Shown here: positions 14,429-26,270 of the stretch, piece by piece | Layout: each line of letters opens with the position of its first letter | Numbering within the stretch: position 1 is the first letter of the stretch | Source of the DNA: the human T2T-CHM13v2.0 reference genome, Homo sapiens | Assembly: GCF_009914755.1 (NCBI RefSeq) | Contig: NC_060925.1 | Length of the DNA stretch: 64,000 bases | Strand: one strand, 5' to 3' | Made by a program: the position numbers and the translations under genes | Notes under the pieces: model-generated | Seen by the model: only the letters and a program-made list of their open reading frames with translations | Databases searched by the model: none | Told to the model about the DNA's origin: nothing

Positions 14429-14805
14429 TATACTAGTCAATTCTCATATCACTATGAAGAAATACTCAAGACTGGGTAATTTATAAAGAAAAGAGGTTTA
14501 ATGACTCACAATTCTCTATTGCTGGGGAGGCCTCAGAAAACTTACAATCATGGTGGAAGATGAAGGAGAAGCAAAGGCACATCTTACATGGCAGCAGGTG
14601 GGAAAGCATATGAGCCAGTTCAGGGGAACAGCCTTTTATAAAACCATAAGATCTTGCGAGATTCCCTCACTATCACAAGAACACCATGGGGAAAACCACC
14701 CCTATGATTCAATTATCTTCATCTGGTCTCTCTTGACACATGGGGATTATGGGGATTACAATTCAAGGTGAGATTTGGTTAGGGACTCAGATCCAAACCA
14801 TATCA
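14429..14805 (-). mobile_element. THE1 MaLR solo LTR inside the L1
   Basis: gactgggtaatttataaagaaaagaggtttaatgactcaca...gagatttggttagggac..ccaaaccatatca. Confidence 0.9.
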
Positions 14806-15460
14806 GTCATGCATCTCAAAGAACTAGAAAAGCAAGAACAAATCAAACCTTAAATTAGCGGAAGGAAAATAATAAAGATCAGAGAAGAAATAAATGAAAA
14901 TGAAGCTAAAAAAATACAGATCAATGGAATAAAACAAGTTGGTTTTTTTGAAAAGATAAACAAATTGTCAAATCTTTAGCTAGACTAAGAAAAAAGAGAG
15001 AAGAGCCAGGTAAATAAACTTGGAAACAAAATAGGAGATATAACAACTAAGACCACAGAAATGCAAAGAATCATGAGAGACTATTATGAACAACTGAACA
15101 CCAACAATTGGAAAACCTAGAAGAAATGGATAAATTCCTAACACATACAACTTACTGAGATTGAACCATGAATAAATAGATAATTTTAACAAACCAATAA
15201 TGAATAATAAGATTGAAGCTGTAATAAAAAATTTCCCACCAAATAAAACCCCAGGACATGACAGCTTCATTGCTGAATTCTATTGAACATTTAAAGTAAA
15301 ACTCTTACCAATTCTACTCAAATTCTTCAAAAAAATTGAGAAAAAGAGAATACTTCCAAACCTACTCTGTGATGCCAGCATTACCTTGATACCAAAACCA
15401 CATAAAGAAACAACAACGTAAAAGGCTATAGGTCAGTATCACTGATAAAGTGATAAATAT

Positions 15461-15503
15461 CATTAAAATGGCCAAAACCGCAATTACTTTTGCACCAACC
15501 TAA
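15461..15503. mobile_element. MADE1 (Hsmar1 MITE), single arm
   Basis: aatggccaaaaccgcaattacttttgcaccaacctaa is the Hsmar1 terminal inverted repeat, followed by TA. Confidence 0.9.
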
Positions 15504-16024
15504 TACTAGCAAACCAAATTCAACAACACATTAAAAAGATAATTTACCATTATCAAGTGGAATTTATGTCAGGAATGCGAGGATGGCTTAACATATGTAA
15601 ATCAAGAAACATGATACATTGTATGAACAGAACCAAGAACAAAACATATATGATCATTTCAATAGATGATGAAAAAGCATTTGACAAAATTTAACATCCC
15701 TTTAGGATGAAAACCATAAAAAACTGGGTGTAGAAGAAACATACCTCAAATGATAAAGGCCAAACCCTCAGCTAAAATCATACTGACCAGGAAGAAATGG
15801 AAAGCCTTTCCTCTAAGATCTGGAATAGGATGAAAAGGATGCTGAATTTTACCACTTTTATTCAATATAATGCTGGAAATCTTGGCCAGAACAATTAGGC
15901 AAGAGATAGAGATGAAGGACATCCAAATTGAAAAGAAATATGTCAAATTAGCATTGTTCACAGACATGATTTCATACTTAGAAAAATCTAATGACTTCAC
16001 CAAAGAGACTGTTAGAACTGATAT

Positions 16025-16086
16025 ATTCAGTAAAGTTGCAGGATACAAAATCAACATTCAGTAAAGTTGCAGGATACAAAATCAAC
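16025..16086 (+). repeat. Perfect 31-bp tandem duplication inside L1 ORF2
   Basis: attcagtaaagttgcaggatacaaaatcaac x2. Confidence 0.95.
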
Positions 16087-18060
16087 ATACAGCAATCAGT
16101 AGCACTTATATTCACCAGCAGCATACAATCTGAAAAAAAATCAATAAAGTAAGCCCATTTGCAGTAGTGATAAAATGCCTAGGAATCAATTTTATCAAAG
16201 AAATGAAAGATCTATACAAGTAAAACTAGAAAACACTGATGTAAGAGATTGAAGAGGATATACACCAAAAAGAAAAGATATCCCATGCTCATGGATTGGA
16301 AGAATTAATACTGTGAAAATATCCATACTATCCAAAATAATTTACAGTTATGCAATCCCTATTAAAATACTAATGACGGTCTTCACAGAAATAGAAAAAA
16401 AATCCTAAAATTTACATGGAACCACACAAAACCCAGGAGAACCAAAGGATTCTTAAGCAAAAAGAGCAAAGCTAGAGGCATCAAACTGATTTCAAAATAT
16501 AGTAAACAAATCTGCATGGGACTCACATAAAAATGGACACATAGACCAATGGAACAGAATAGAGCACTCAGATATAAATACACGAATTTGTAGTAAACTC
16601 ATTTTCAACAGCAGTGCCAAGAGCTTACAATAGGAAAGGACAGTCTCTTCAATAAATGGGAAATAAATGCTGGGAAAACTGGATATCCATATGCAGAAGA
16701 ATGAAACTAGACCCCTGTCTCTCTCCATAAACAAAAATCAAATCAAAATGGATTGCAGACTTAAATCTAATACCTGAAACTATGAAATTATTAGAAGAAA
16801 ACATTGGAGAAATGTTTCAGGACATTGGTCTAGGCAAGTATTTTTTTGTGTAAGACCTCAAAAGCATATGCAACCAAAGCAAAAATAGAGAAGTGGGATC
16901 ATATCAAGTTAAAAAGCTCTGCACAGCAAAGAAAACAATCAACAAAGTGAAAAGACAACTCATGGAGTGGGAGAAGATATTTGCAAATTATCCATCTGAC
17001 AAGGGATTAATAACCAGGTATTTAAGGAGCTCAAACAACTAAATAGGAAAAAACCCCAAATAATCTGATTTAAAAATAGGCAAAGGATTCAAATAGACAT
17101 TTCTCAAAAAAGATGTACAAATGACCAAAAGGTATATGAAAAGATGCTCAACATCGCTAATCATCAGATAAATGCAAATCAAAACTACAATGAGATATCA
17201 TCCCACCCTAGTTAAAATGGCTTTTATCAAAAAGACAGGGAATAATGAGTGTTGGCAGGGATGTGGAGAAAGAGGAACTCTTGTATACTGCTGATGAGAA
17301 TGTAAATTAGTACAGACACTATAGAAAACTGTAGGGAGATTCCTCAAAAAACTAATAGTAGAACTACCATATAATCCGGCAGTTCTGCTACTTGGTATAT
17401 AGCCAAAATAAATGATATCAATGTATCAAAGAAAGATTTGCACTTCCATGTTTATTGCAGCAGTATTCACAATAGCCAAAGTATGGAATCAATCTAAGTT
17501 CCCATCAACAGATGAATCAATAAAGAAAACTGTATATATGCAGTACATATACACAATGAAATACTATTCAGCCATACAATATGAAATCTTGTCCTTTATA
17601 GCAACAAGGATGGAACTGGCGTTCATTATGTTAAGTGAAATAAGGGAAAGATGAATATCGTATGTTCTCACTCTTATGTAGGAAATAAAAAAGTAGATCT
17701 CATGAAGATAAAGAGTAGAGTGACAGTTATCAGAGGCTGGGAAAAGTAGCGAAGCCAGGGCATAGAGTTTGCTTAATGGGTACAAATATAGAGTTTGATA
17801 GAAGAAATAAGTCCTAGTGTTTAATAGATCAGTAGAGTGACTATAATTTACAATAATCTATCATATATTTCAAAAAAGCTAGAAGAGAATAATTGGAATG
17901 TTTCTAGTATAAAGAAAAGACAAATATTTAAAGTGATGAATATCCTACTTATAGTCATTTGATCTTTTCAAACTATATGATTGTATTAAATTATGACATG
18001 TACCTCTAAAATGTGTACCTCTATTACGTATGAATACAAAAATAAAATTGATAAAAAAAT

Positions 18061-19640
18061 TTTAAAGGGAGTCCTTGAAGTTGAAATGAAGGATGCTAGA
18101 TAGTAGCTGAAAGCTATAAAAAATATAAATTTCTTTGGTAAAAAAATGCATGGACAAATTTATTTTTAACAGTATTATTGTAATCTGATTTGCAAATCCA
18201 CTTTATTTTCTACAGGAGTTAAAGAAAAATGTATAAAATTAATTATAAATCTATGCTAATGGGTACATAGTATATAAAGATGTAATTTGTGACATCATAA
18301 GTCATGCAGAAGGTGAAGCTGTAAAGTGAATTTATATAAGCAATTGATATTAAGTTAGTATCAACTTAAGACAGATTATTATAATTTTATGATATATGTA
18401 ATCCCCATGGTAACCACAAAGAAAATATCTATAGAATATACACAGAAGAAAATGAAAAGGCATTCTAAACATGTCACACAAAAAAATCAACTAAACAAAG
18501 GCACCAATGGAGGTAACAAAGGACAAAAAAATCTGTCAGGCATATAGAAAAGAAATAATAAACTAGCAAAAGTAAGTCTTTTCATACCAGTAATTACTTT
18601 AAATGTACATGTATTAAACCCTACAATAATAAAACAGAGACTGGCAGAATGGATTAAAAAAAAAACAAAACTACTCAGAATCCAAGTATATGCTGTGTGC
18701 AGAGATTCACTTTAGCTCTAAGGATATGCATAGGTTGAAAGTGAGGAACAGACAAAGATATTCCATGCAAATATTAATAGTAACCAAGAGAGAGCAGGGG
18801 AAGTTAAGCAACTATTACACACAAAAAAAGACTTTAAGTCAAAAGTTGTTACAAGAGACAAAGAATAAAGACACTCAACATCACTTATCATTAGAGAAAT
18901 GAACATCTAAACCACAGTGAGCTATCATCTCATATCTGTTAGGACAGCTATTATTAAAAAATCAAAAACAAAACCAAAAAATGAACAAAAACAAACCTCA
19001 CCAAAAAATAAATAAATAAAAAATAAAAAGTGCTGGCACAGATGTGGTGAAATGGAAATCCTTGTACATTGTTGGTGGGAATGCAAAATGATGTAGCCAC
19101 TGTGCAAAATGATATGGTAGTTCCTCAAAAAATTAAATCTGGGCACAGTGGCTTAATCCTGCAATCCTAGCACTTTGAAAGCCCGAGGTGGAAGGATTGC
19201 TTGAGTCCAGGAGTTTGAGATCAGCCTGGGCCACACAGACCCCGTCTCAAAACAAAATTAAATACAGAATTATCATATGATCCAGCAATTCTACTTCTGT
19301 ACACATACCCAAATGATTTTAAAGCAGAGACTCCAACAGATTTTAGCACACCCACAGCCAAGAGGTGAAAGCAACCCAAGTGCCCATCAATGAATGAATG
19401 AATGAATAAATAAAATGTAAAAAGTAAGGAAATTCTGAGACATGTTACAATATGAATGAACCTTGAAGACATTATGTTAAGTAAAAATAAGAGTCACAAA
19501 AAGACAAATACTACATGATTCCACTTACATGAAGTACCTAAAGTAGTCAAATTTGGAGAGAAAGAAAGTACAATGGCAGCTTCCAGGGGGTGAGGAGAGG
19601 GAAGGATGGGGAATTAATATTGTTTAAATAGTACCGAGTG
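18061..19640 (+). mobile_element. Continuation of the outer L1 (ORF1 end, ORF2 start, then a jump to late ORF2 and an L1MB-like 3'UTR)
   Basis: Resumes with ttaaagggagtccttgaagttgaaatgaa. Endonuclease-like sequence to about 18865, then ctcaacatcacttatcattagagaaatg and an L1MB-type 3' end. Confidence 0.8.
19139..19255 (+). mobile_element. FLAM/Alu left monomer
   Basis: ctgggcacagtggctt...gagtttgagatcagcctggg, flanked by aaaattaaat on both sides. Confidence 0.85.
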
Positions 19641-22176
19641 CTAAGGTTAACACTTCTTCCTATCACTGTGGCCAATAGAGCCTGCCTTGACCATTGCATG
19701 GAAAGATTTTAATCTCTATGATACCAAGGCATCTTTGACTTTCTAATGCTGCTAGAGATCATAAATATAATGTCTATGTCACATACATACTAACACAAAA
19801 GGGTATTTTTATCTTATTGCCAATGTACCTATTTTCTTTTTATATAATTTGAGATGTGATATTTCACTCATATCAGTAAGTTAAATATTTTGGTATATGG
19901 ATAGCAAAGATAGTAAATGACCATTTCCTTGACGGAATTAATTTAGGAGCAACGTAGACCCAGAAGTGGTCTAACGTACATTTTTCTCCCAATCTAAATG
20001 TATCAGATTTACTTGGTGCACATATTAGTCTCCCTACTTAAAATAATCATGCTTCTTCATTCTACCTGTTCAAATTCCACCCATTATTTAGAGCCCAGGT
20101 GAAGGCAAATATTTTACAAATCATTTCCTGACTATCCCAGCCCATATTCATCTTCCTAACCTCTAGTCTCTATTTAATCATTTAGTGCTTAGTGATAGAA
20201 TGCTTTGTATTATTTGCTATCATTTTATATTTTAAAACCAACTAAAATGTATGAAACAACTGATAATTATTCCAGCCTGAAAGGACAACCTGAGACAGTG
20301 ATACAAGGTAAATTCAATAAAACCAAAATGTGAACTTGTTTATTCTCTTTAAAGCCTACCCAACATGAACATGAGTTCAAAAATACTATTGATTTGGGTT
20401 ATCCAATGAGTTACTTCTAAAAACTTGTTTATGGAAGACTGGAGGAATTCTTTCCTTCTCTCTCACCCCCAGCACACACACATAATACAACACATAAACT
20501 AGCACACACACTCAACCACACATACTTGGACATGAGTAACAAGTGTATGGAAAGAAACTCTCTGGATACTAAAACAATAGAGCACACTACGTGTGCTCAA
20601 AATTCACACACCCACAGTCATCTATAACCTAAATTCAGAGTCCGTTTCATTGGTGGTTAGGGCACGCCTCTGGGCATTGAACTGCTGGGTTAATCTGGGA
20701 ATTATTCTTTTAGATCAGACATGAAATCAAGCAGAGAAAAATGAGAGAGGAGGTGGAGGGTAGTTGTCTTTTTCCTGCAATAAGAAAATGTGTATTCCAA
20801 CAAACTGAAGAAAATTGAGTTCACTGTTTATAGTTAAAACTACATATTACTTTGAGTTCAAATTCTTTCTATTAATACATAAGATTTATTGAAGTTATAT
20901 TGTTTGAGTAGGATCAAGAAAGCTGAATATTATTTCAGGTTTTCAAGCCATAAGGACAAATAGTGCCTTTAGGTTTTCCATTCAACTAGGAAAATTATAG
21001 CTTCATATTTGCAACACTAAAGCTAATGCAGTGTCAGCACCTCCATCAAACTCCGTTGTTCAGCAGTTTATAATTCAAGCAGAAATGTTCACTCCAAGAC
21101 CAAACTTGGCCTACACAATCTCAAAGAAAATGGAGAAAAAATTATTTTGGCTAGCGCTGACTTATAAAAGCAAAAGAGAGGGTGCTTTTACAAAGTGCTT
21201 TGAAAAACATCTTTGAGAATTTGAGAATGTAACTGGGGATTACTGAGTTGACATCCAGCATTACTAAAGTTATAGAAAGGACCCAAAATTCCATGACATC
21301 ACATCAGCATCAGGAGTATCACAACTACTTTCATGAAATTCTTCATCAGGACTAATTTCCTTATCAAACAGAATTACTGTTAATAGGAAAAAAAAACAGT
21401 TATAGTGGAAAATAAAGACAGGTAAAAATTTCTCATGAAGGCAACACAAGACTTTAGATCCATTTTCCCTTTAAGTACTGACTCTCTAGTGCACCATACA
21501 GACATATATAAAATGAAAAAAAAATTTTTTTTCCCCACTTTTCAAAGTAGTTCATAATGGCGGGCTGGAATTTCCAGAAACAACTTTTCTCTTCCCAAAT
21601 GCTAACTTGTACGTAGAAACAGCTTAATGTAGAAGGGGATTTCCAGCTGCAGGTGACAAGAGCTATTGGGCTCCTCATTTACTGAAGCTGGGTGGGGAGC
21701 CAGTGAATTCTGGGATCTCATGCACTTTGAAGTCCTGTGGTAGGTGGTTTGTAGATTGCCTGGTGCCTTTGTGGCATTCTGTGGGTAAGTTGGCCGCCAA
21801 CCCCTCATTGCTCTGATCTCCCACACCTTAAAAATATGTCAAAACTTTAATATAGTGGGATCAGGGCATTACATTAAAAAATCATCTTTTCCTATCTATA
21901 CAAGGCTCGCTTGTACTAAATACAGTGTAATTCTAGGCACTCCGTGTCTGTTTTCACTCAGCATTTATTAAAGCCCTATTATGGGCCAGGCCACAGATGA
22001 TTTGATGCGATTCTCATCCTTTAGAAGGTTTCAGGAGAAAACAAAAAGTCCATAAAAGGAATTCCAGTACAATTGTGGAGTGCCATCTGGACGACTTCAC
22101 TGAAAAGGTTCTGGAGGTGTCAGAGCGACACCTCCTCTCTTCCCCACTAGGCAGTTCTCACCAACCTTTGAAATCA

Positions 22177-22512
<336 letters not shown>

Positions 22513-22524
22513 CTAAGCGTCCCC

Positions 22525-22538
22525 GCTACCACAGTAAC
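22525..22538. promoter_or_regulatory. RFX X-box candidate (proximal)
   Basis: GCTACCACAGTAAC (reverse complement GTTACTGTGGTAGC) resembles the imperfect palindrome GTTGCCATGGCAAC, about 60 bp upstream of the ATG. RFX control of ciliary genes is established. Confidence 0.65.
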
Positions 22539-22616
22539 CGAAGCCACGCCCAGTTCCTGAACCACGTCGGCTCCCCTCCCCCAACACCGTTCGGAATCCT
22601 TGGGTCAACCGCCTCC

Positions 22617-22630
22617 GTCTCCACAGCAAC
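22617..22630. promoter_or_regulatory. RFX X-box candidate (distal)
   Basis: GTCTCCACAGCAAC fits GTYNCC-NN-RGCAAC. Confidence 0.7.
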
Positions 22631-23209
22631 GGAGTTTCAGAGCGCGCGGCAGCTTGGGGGCGGGGTTCCCAGTCCCCCGGTCAAATTTTAGGACTTTTCA
22701 GCAGGAAAGCTGCACAACTGGAGGAGGGCAGGACGAGGCTGGCCTCGCAGGTCGGGCTACGTTCTTCTACGGTCTGAGGCGTTGTCTAGAAACTCAAAAT
22801 CTCTGGAATCCCATCCAGGACTCCTCCATCAAGATTTCTTCCGATCCTGAGTAACCAAGATTGGAATACTGACCCCTTCAGGAGGCAGCCCATGCCGTTT
22901 TTTCCCAACCGCTCTAATCTGCCCCAAATGCTTCCTTATATGAATCCAAATTTGTCTCTCCTTGACCTCTACCCTCTGCACTGTTTCAGCCTCCGCCTCT
23001 GGGGCCTTACTAAACAAGTCCAATCACCCTTCCACGTGACCCCTTATCTAACTGTAGGTGGGATTAATGTACTTATCTGCCCAAACAGCTCCAGTCCTTT
23101 AAACTGCCTTTTATTGATTGGTAAGTAGACTTTTTTTTCCCCTTTTTTCCCACCCTGCACTCATCAATATCTAAAATATCCTGGTTGGACAAGTTTCCCA
23201 AAATAATGA

Positions 23210-23390
23210 TAGTAATAAAAACCATTGTTTCTTGGGCACTGGTTATATGCTATATACAAGATTATTTCATTTAATTCTCACAACCACCTTATCCAATTCC
23301 CACAGTGTCTGATTGATGGTGCCAGGATTAGATCCCAGGATTATCTGAGTCACAGATCTAGTGTGCATAACTGCTACACTGCTGTCTACT
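23210..23390 (-). mobile_element. MIR
   Basis: ttatttcatttaattctcacaaccacctt...gccaggattagatcccagg. Confidence 0.7.
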
Positions 23391-24105
23391 ACTGTTTTAG
23401 GCCTGCCAAAATGAGGGATACCCCCTTCTGGAGCTAGATTTACTTTTGTTTTTTATTGCAGTGAGACAAATTTGAGGACACCCTGGGGCAGAGCGCAACC
23501 AAAGGTGCCTTGCGGTCTCATTAGTCATATGGAATTCAGCACTGACCAGGGCTTAACTAGCCATTAAGGCCCTGCACTTTGCCTAGAGGTGAGATGCTTC
23601 AGTTATCCCAGTGGCCCAGATGAGTGAGGTGATGCAAGCCAGAAACTTAATTTCCCTGGGCACAACCTGATGAACGGGTGACCTTCCACGGGGGATGTTC
23701 TAAACCTTTTAATTGCTAACCCTTTTAATTTCTTTGAGGAATAAATTGAGGGAAGGAGGATAGTGCTATCCAGCCACTAGCATCCTTTTTCATTTGGGGG
23801 CAAATTTTAATGATGATGCTTCAACTTTTGTTCGTAATTTGGACCATGAAAGGAAGTTTATCTTTCCACCCTAATTCTTTAATATAGTTAGAGTGAGCCC
23901 TCCCATCATCACAGTTCTTCATCCCTGGATTTAACCAACTTTGGATCCAAAATATTAAAACATAAATAAATATACAAATAAAAATACAGCATAACAACTA
24001 TTTTACAGCTTTTACATAATATTAGATATTATAAATAATCTAGATATGATTTAAAGTGTAGGAGAGGATGTGCGTAGGTTATGTGCAAATACTAGGCCAT
24101 TTTAT

Positions 24106-24986
24106 TGAGAGGTGAAGCCAGCTGGACTTCCTGGGTTGAGTGGGGACTTGGAGAACTTTTCTTACAACAGGATTGTAAAATGCACCAATCAGCACTCTGT
24201 AGCTAGCATTGTAAAATGCACCAATCAGTGCTCTGTAGCTAACAAGGGGATTGTAAAATGCACCAATCAGTGCTCTGTAAAAATGCACCAATCAGTGCTC
24301 TGTAAAATGCACCAATCAGCACTCTGTGAAATGCAGCAATCAGCAGGATCCTAAAAGTAGCCAATCGTAGTGACGATTGAAAAAAGGGCGCTCTGATAGG
24401 ACAAAAACAAAACATGGGCGGAGACAATAAGGGAATAAAAGCTGTCCACCACCAACCAGCAGCAGCAACCTGTTGGGTCCCCTTCAATGCTGTGGAAGCT
24501 TTGTGCTTTTGCTGTTTCACTCTTCACAAAAATCCTTGCTACCACTCACTCTTTGGGTCTGTGCCATCTTTTTTTTTTTTTTTTTTTTGAGATGGAGTCT
24601 CACTCTGTTTCCCAGGCTGGAATGCAATGGTGGATCTCGGCTCACTGCCAGCTCTGCCTCCCAGCGGAGGCAGACTGGGTTCACAACAGTCTCCTGCCTC
24701 AGCCTCCTGACTAGTTGGGACTACAGGCGCCCAGCACCACACCTGTCTAATTTTTGTATTTTTAGTAGAGATGGGGTTTCACTGTGTTAGCCAGGATGAT
24801 CTCCATCTCCTGACCTCGTGATCCTCTCACTTCAGCCTCCCAAAGTGCTGGGATTACAGTCGTGAGCCACCGCACCCGGAAAGGGTCCATGCCATCTTTA
24901 AGAGCTATAACACCGTGGAAGCCTGGGCTTCATGCTCGAAGTCAGCGATACCATGAACCCACCGGCAGGAACCAAATGCAGACACA
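24106..24986 (+). mobile_element. LTR12-family (LTR12F-like) solo LTR of ERV9
   Basis: TG...CA termini (tgagaggtgaagccagctgg...gacaca), tandem GCACCAATCAG repeats, AATAAA near 24435, 4-bp flanks ttat/tcat. Confidence 0.92.
24568..24880 (-). mobile_element. AluY/Sc-like element inside the LTR12
   Basis: Full dimer. TSD gggtctgtgccatctt (24555-24570) / gggtccatgccatctt (24883-24898). Confidence 0.93.
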
Positions 24987-25900
24987 TCATTAAGGGACTT
25001 GAATATCAGACATTTTTCTATCTGAGAACGTGAAGGGTCCTGGAACTAATTCCCTGTGGATACCAAGGGACCATTGTATTAAAGAAAAATAATTTCTAGA
25101 AACAGTCTTTCACAGAAACTTTACAGAAAAATACGAGTTTTTATTTCTTGCTGGAATAAATACAGTTCATCTTCTTGGGAGGGAATAGATAGATCCTATG
25201 GCAGCCTGGCCATAGGCTAAATAATTTACATCTGGAAGCCCTCTTTTGTCATGAAAATAAAATAACTGATGCATGGTAATGCCAGAGAGAGATCTGCCAG
25301 AAAAGAATTTTCCTGAGAGTCTATAACAACACCGAGGCTGCTGTTAATTTTCATAGCATTTTCTCCAAAATTTTGTTCCTCACCAAAATTTTTTCAGCAT
25401 TTGTAAGATGAAAATTTTCTTTGTATTATGGCTAGAAAATAAAGTTGAGTCTCTTTCAGACCAAAAAAAAAAAAATCTACCTAATCATTAATTAGATCAT
25501 TCTAAATTTTGATTAAGTTCTCATAGTTTTAAACTGGGGGAAAAAAAGTCCTGCCTTTTTATTTAAAACGTAGTAAAAAGTTTGTTGGCATTCCGGGATA
25601 TTTTATTAAAAAATTTAGCTGTTTGTGCATGTCTCGCTACATTACTAATATTCTTTCTTCTTGAATGTGAACGCACACTTCAAAATAAACCATTACCTGC
25701 AATCAGTTTTGCCAGATCACTAGCAGATGATTAATAAAATACGTTGCAGATAAGAAGAGGAAAAAATAGAATAAGCAGAAAAAAAGTAAAATTAAGTGTT
25801 ATTTAAAAATTGCAGAGATAGTGTCACTAGCCATTTTTTTTAACAAGTGACAGCTGTCCAACCACAATATTGGCAGCAGTAAGATGTTTGCAATATTTAT

Positions 25901-26270
25901 TGTGACAGAAACTATCCAGTTGTTCATCAGACATTTCCTTTTATTTTCTCCTAATATGGGAGTCAGACATTTTTTGGCCTTCCTTATTCTTAGATGTGAA
26001 CATGTGACTGAGTTCTAGCCAAGCCTGGCCTTGAAAAATGTCCCCCAGCATTCTTCATACCCTTTTTGCTTGATATTGGGGTGGCATTGAAAACCTTGAA
26101 TCTCTGAATGATTGCTGTGACACAGAGGTCTCTCCTTCCCCTGAAGATCATCTTGCTCCTCCCACCAAAAGCATTTGCTTGGGACTATTATGTAGGTGAG
26201 AATTAAACATTTTTCTTAAAGCTGCTGAAGTACTGGGGTTTGCTACAGCAGCAAGGGTTACCGTAACTAC
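25901..26270 (+). mobile_element. MLT1 (H/I/J-like) MaLR LTR
   Basis: catgtgactgagttctagccaa...gtgagaattaaac...aagctgctgaagtactggggtttgctacagcagc. Confidence 0.7.

Larger units (their letters stand above)
23890..25077 (-). mobile_element. MER2 (Tigger) DNA transposon split by the LTR12
   Basis: gaggatgtgcgtaggttatgtgcaaatactaggccattttat before the LTR, and agggacttgaatatc...gggtcctggaactaattccctgtggataccaaggga after it. Confidence 0.9.

Noticed and set aside
24170-24345. Regularly spaced repeats resembling a CRISPR array (also 62900-63085)
   Set aside because: These are the known tandem CCAAT repeats of LTR12. There are no unique spacers or cas genes, and the DNA is eukaryotic.
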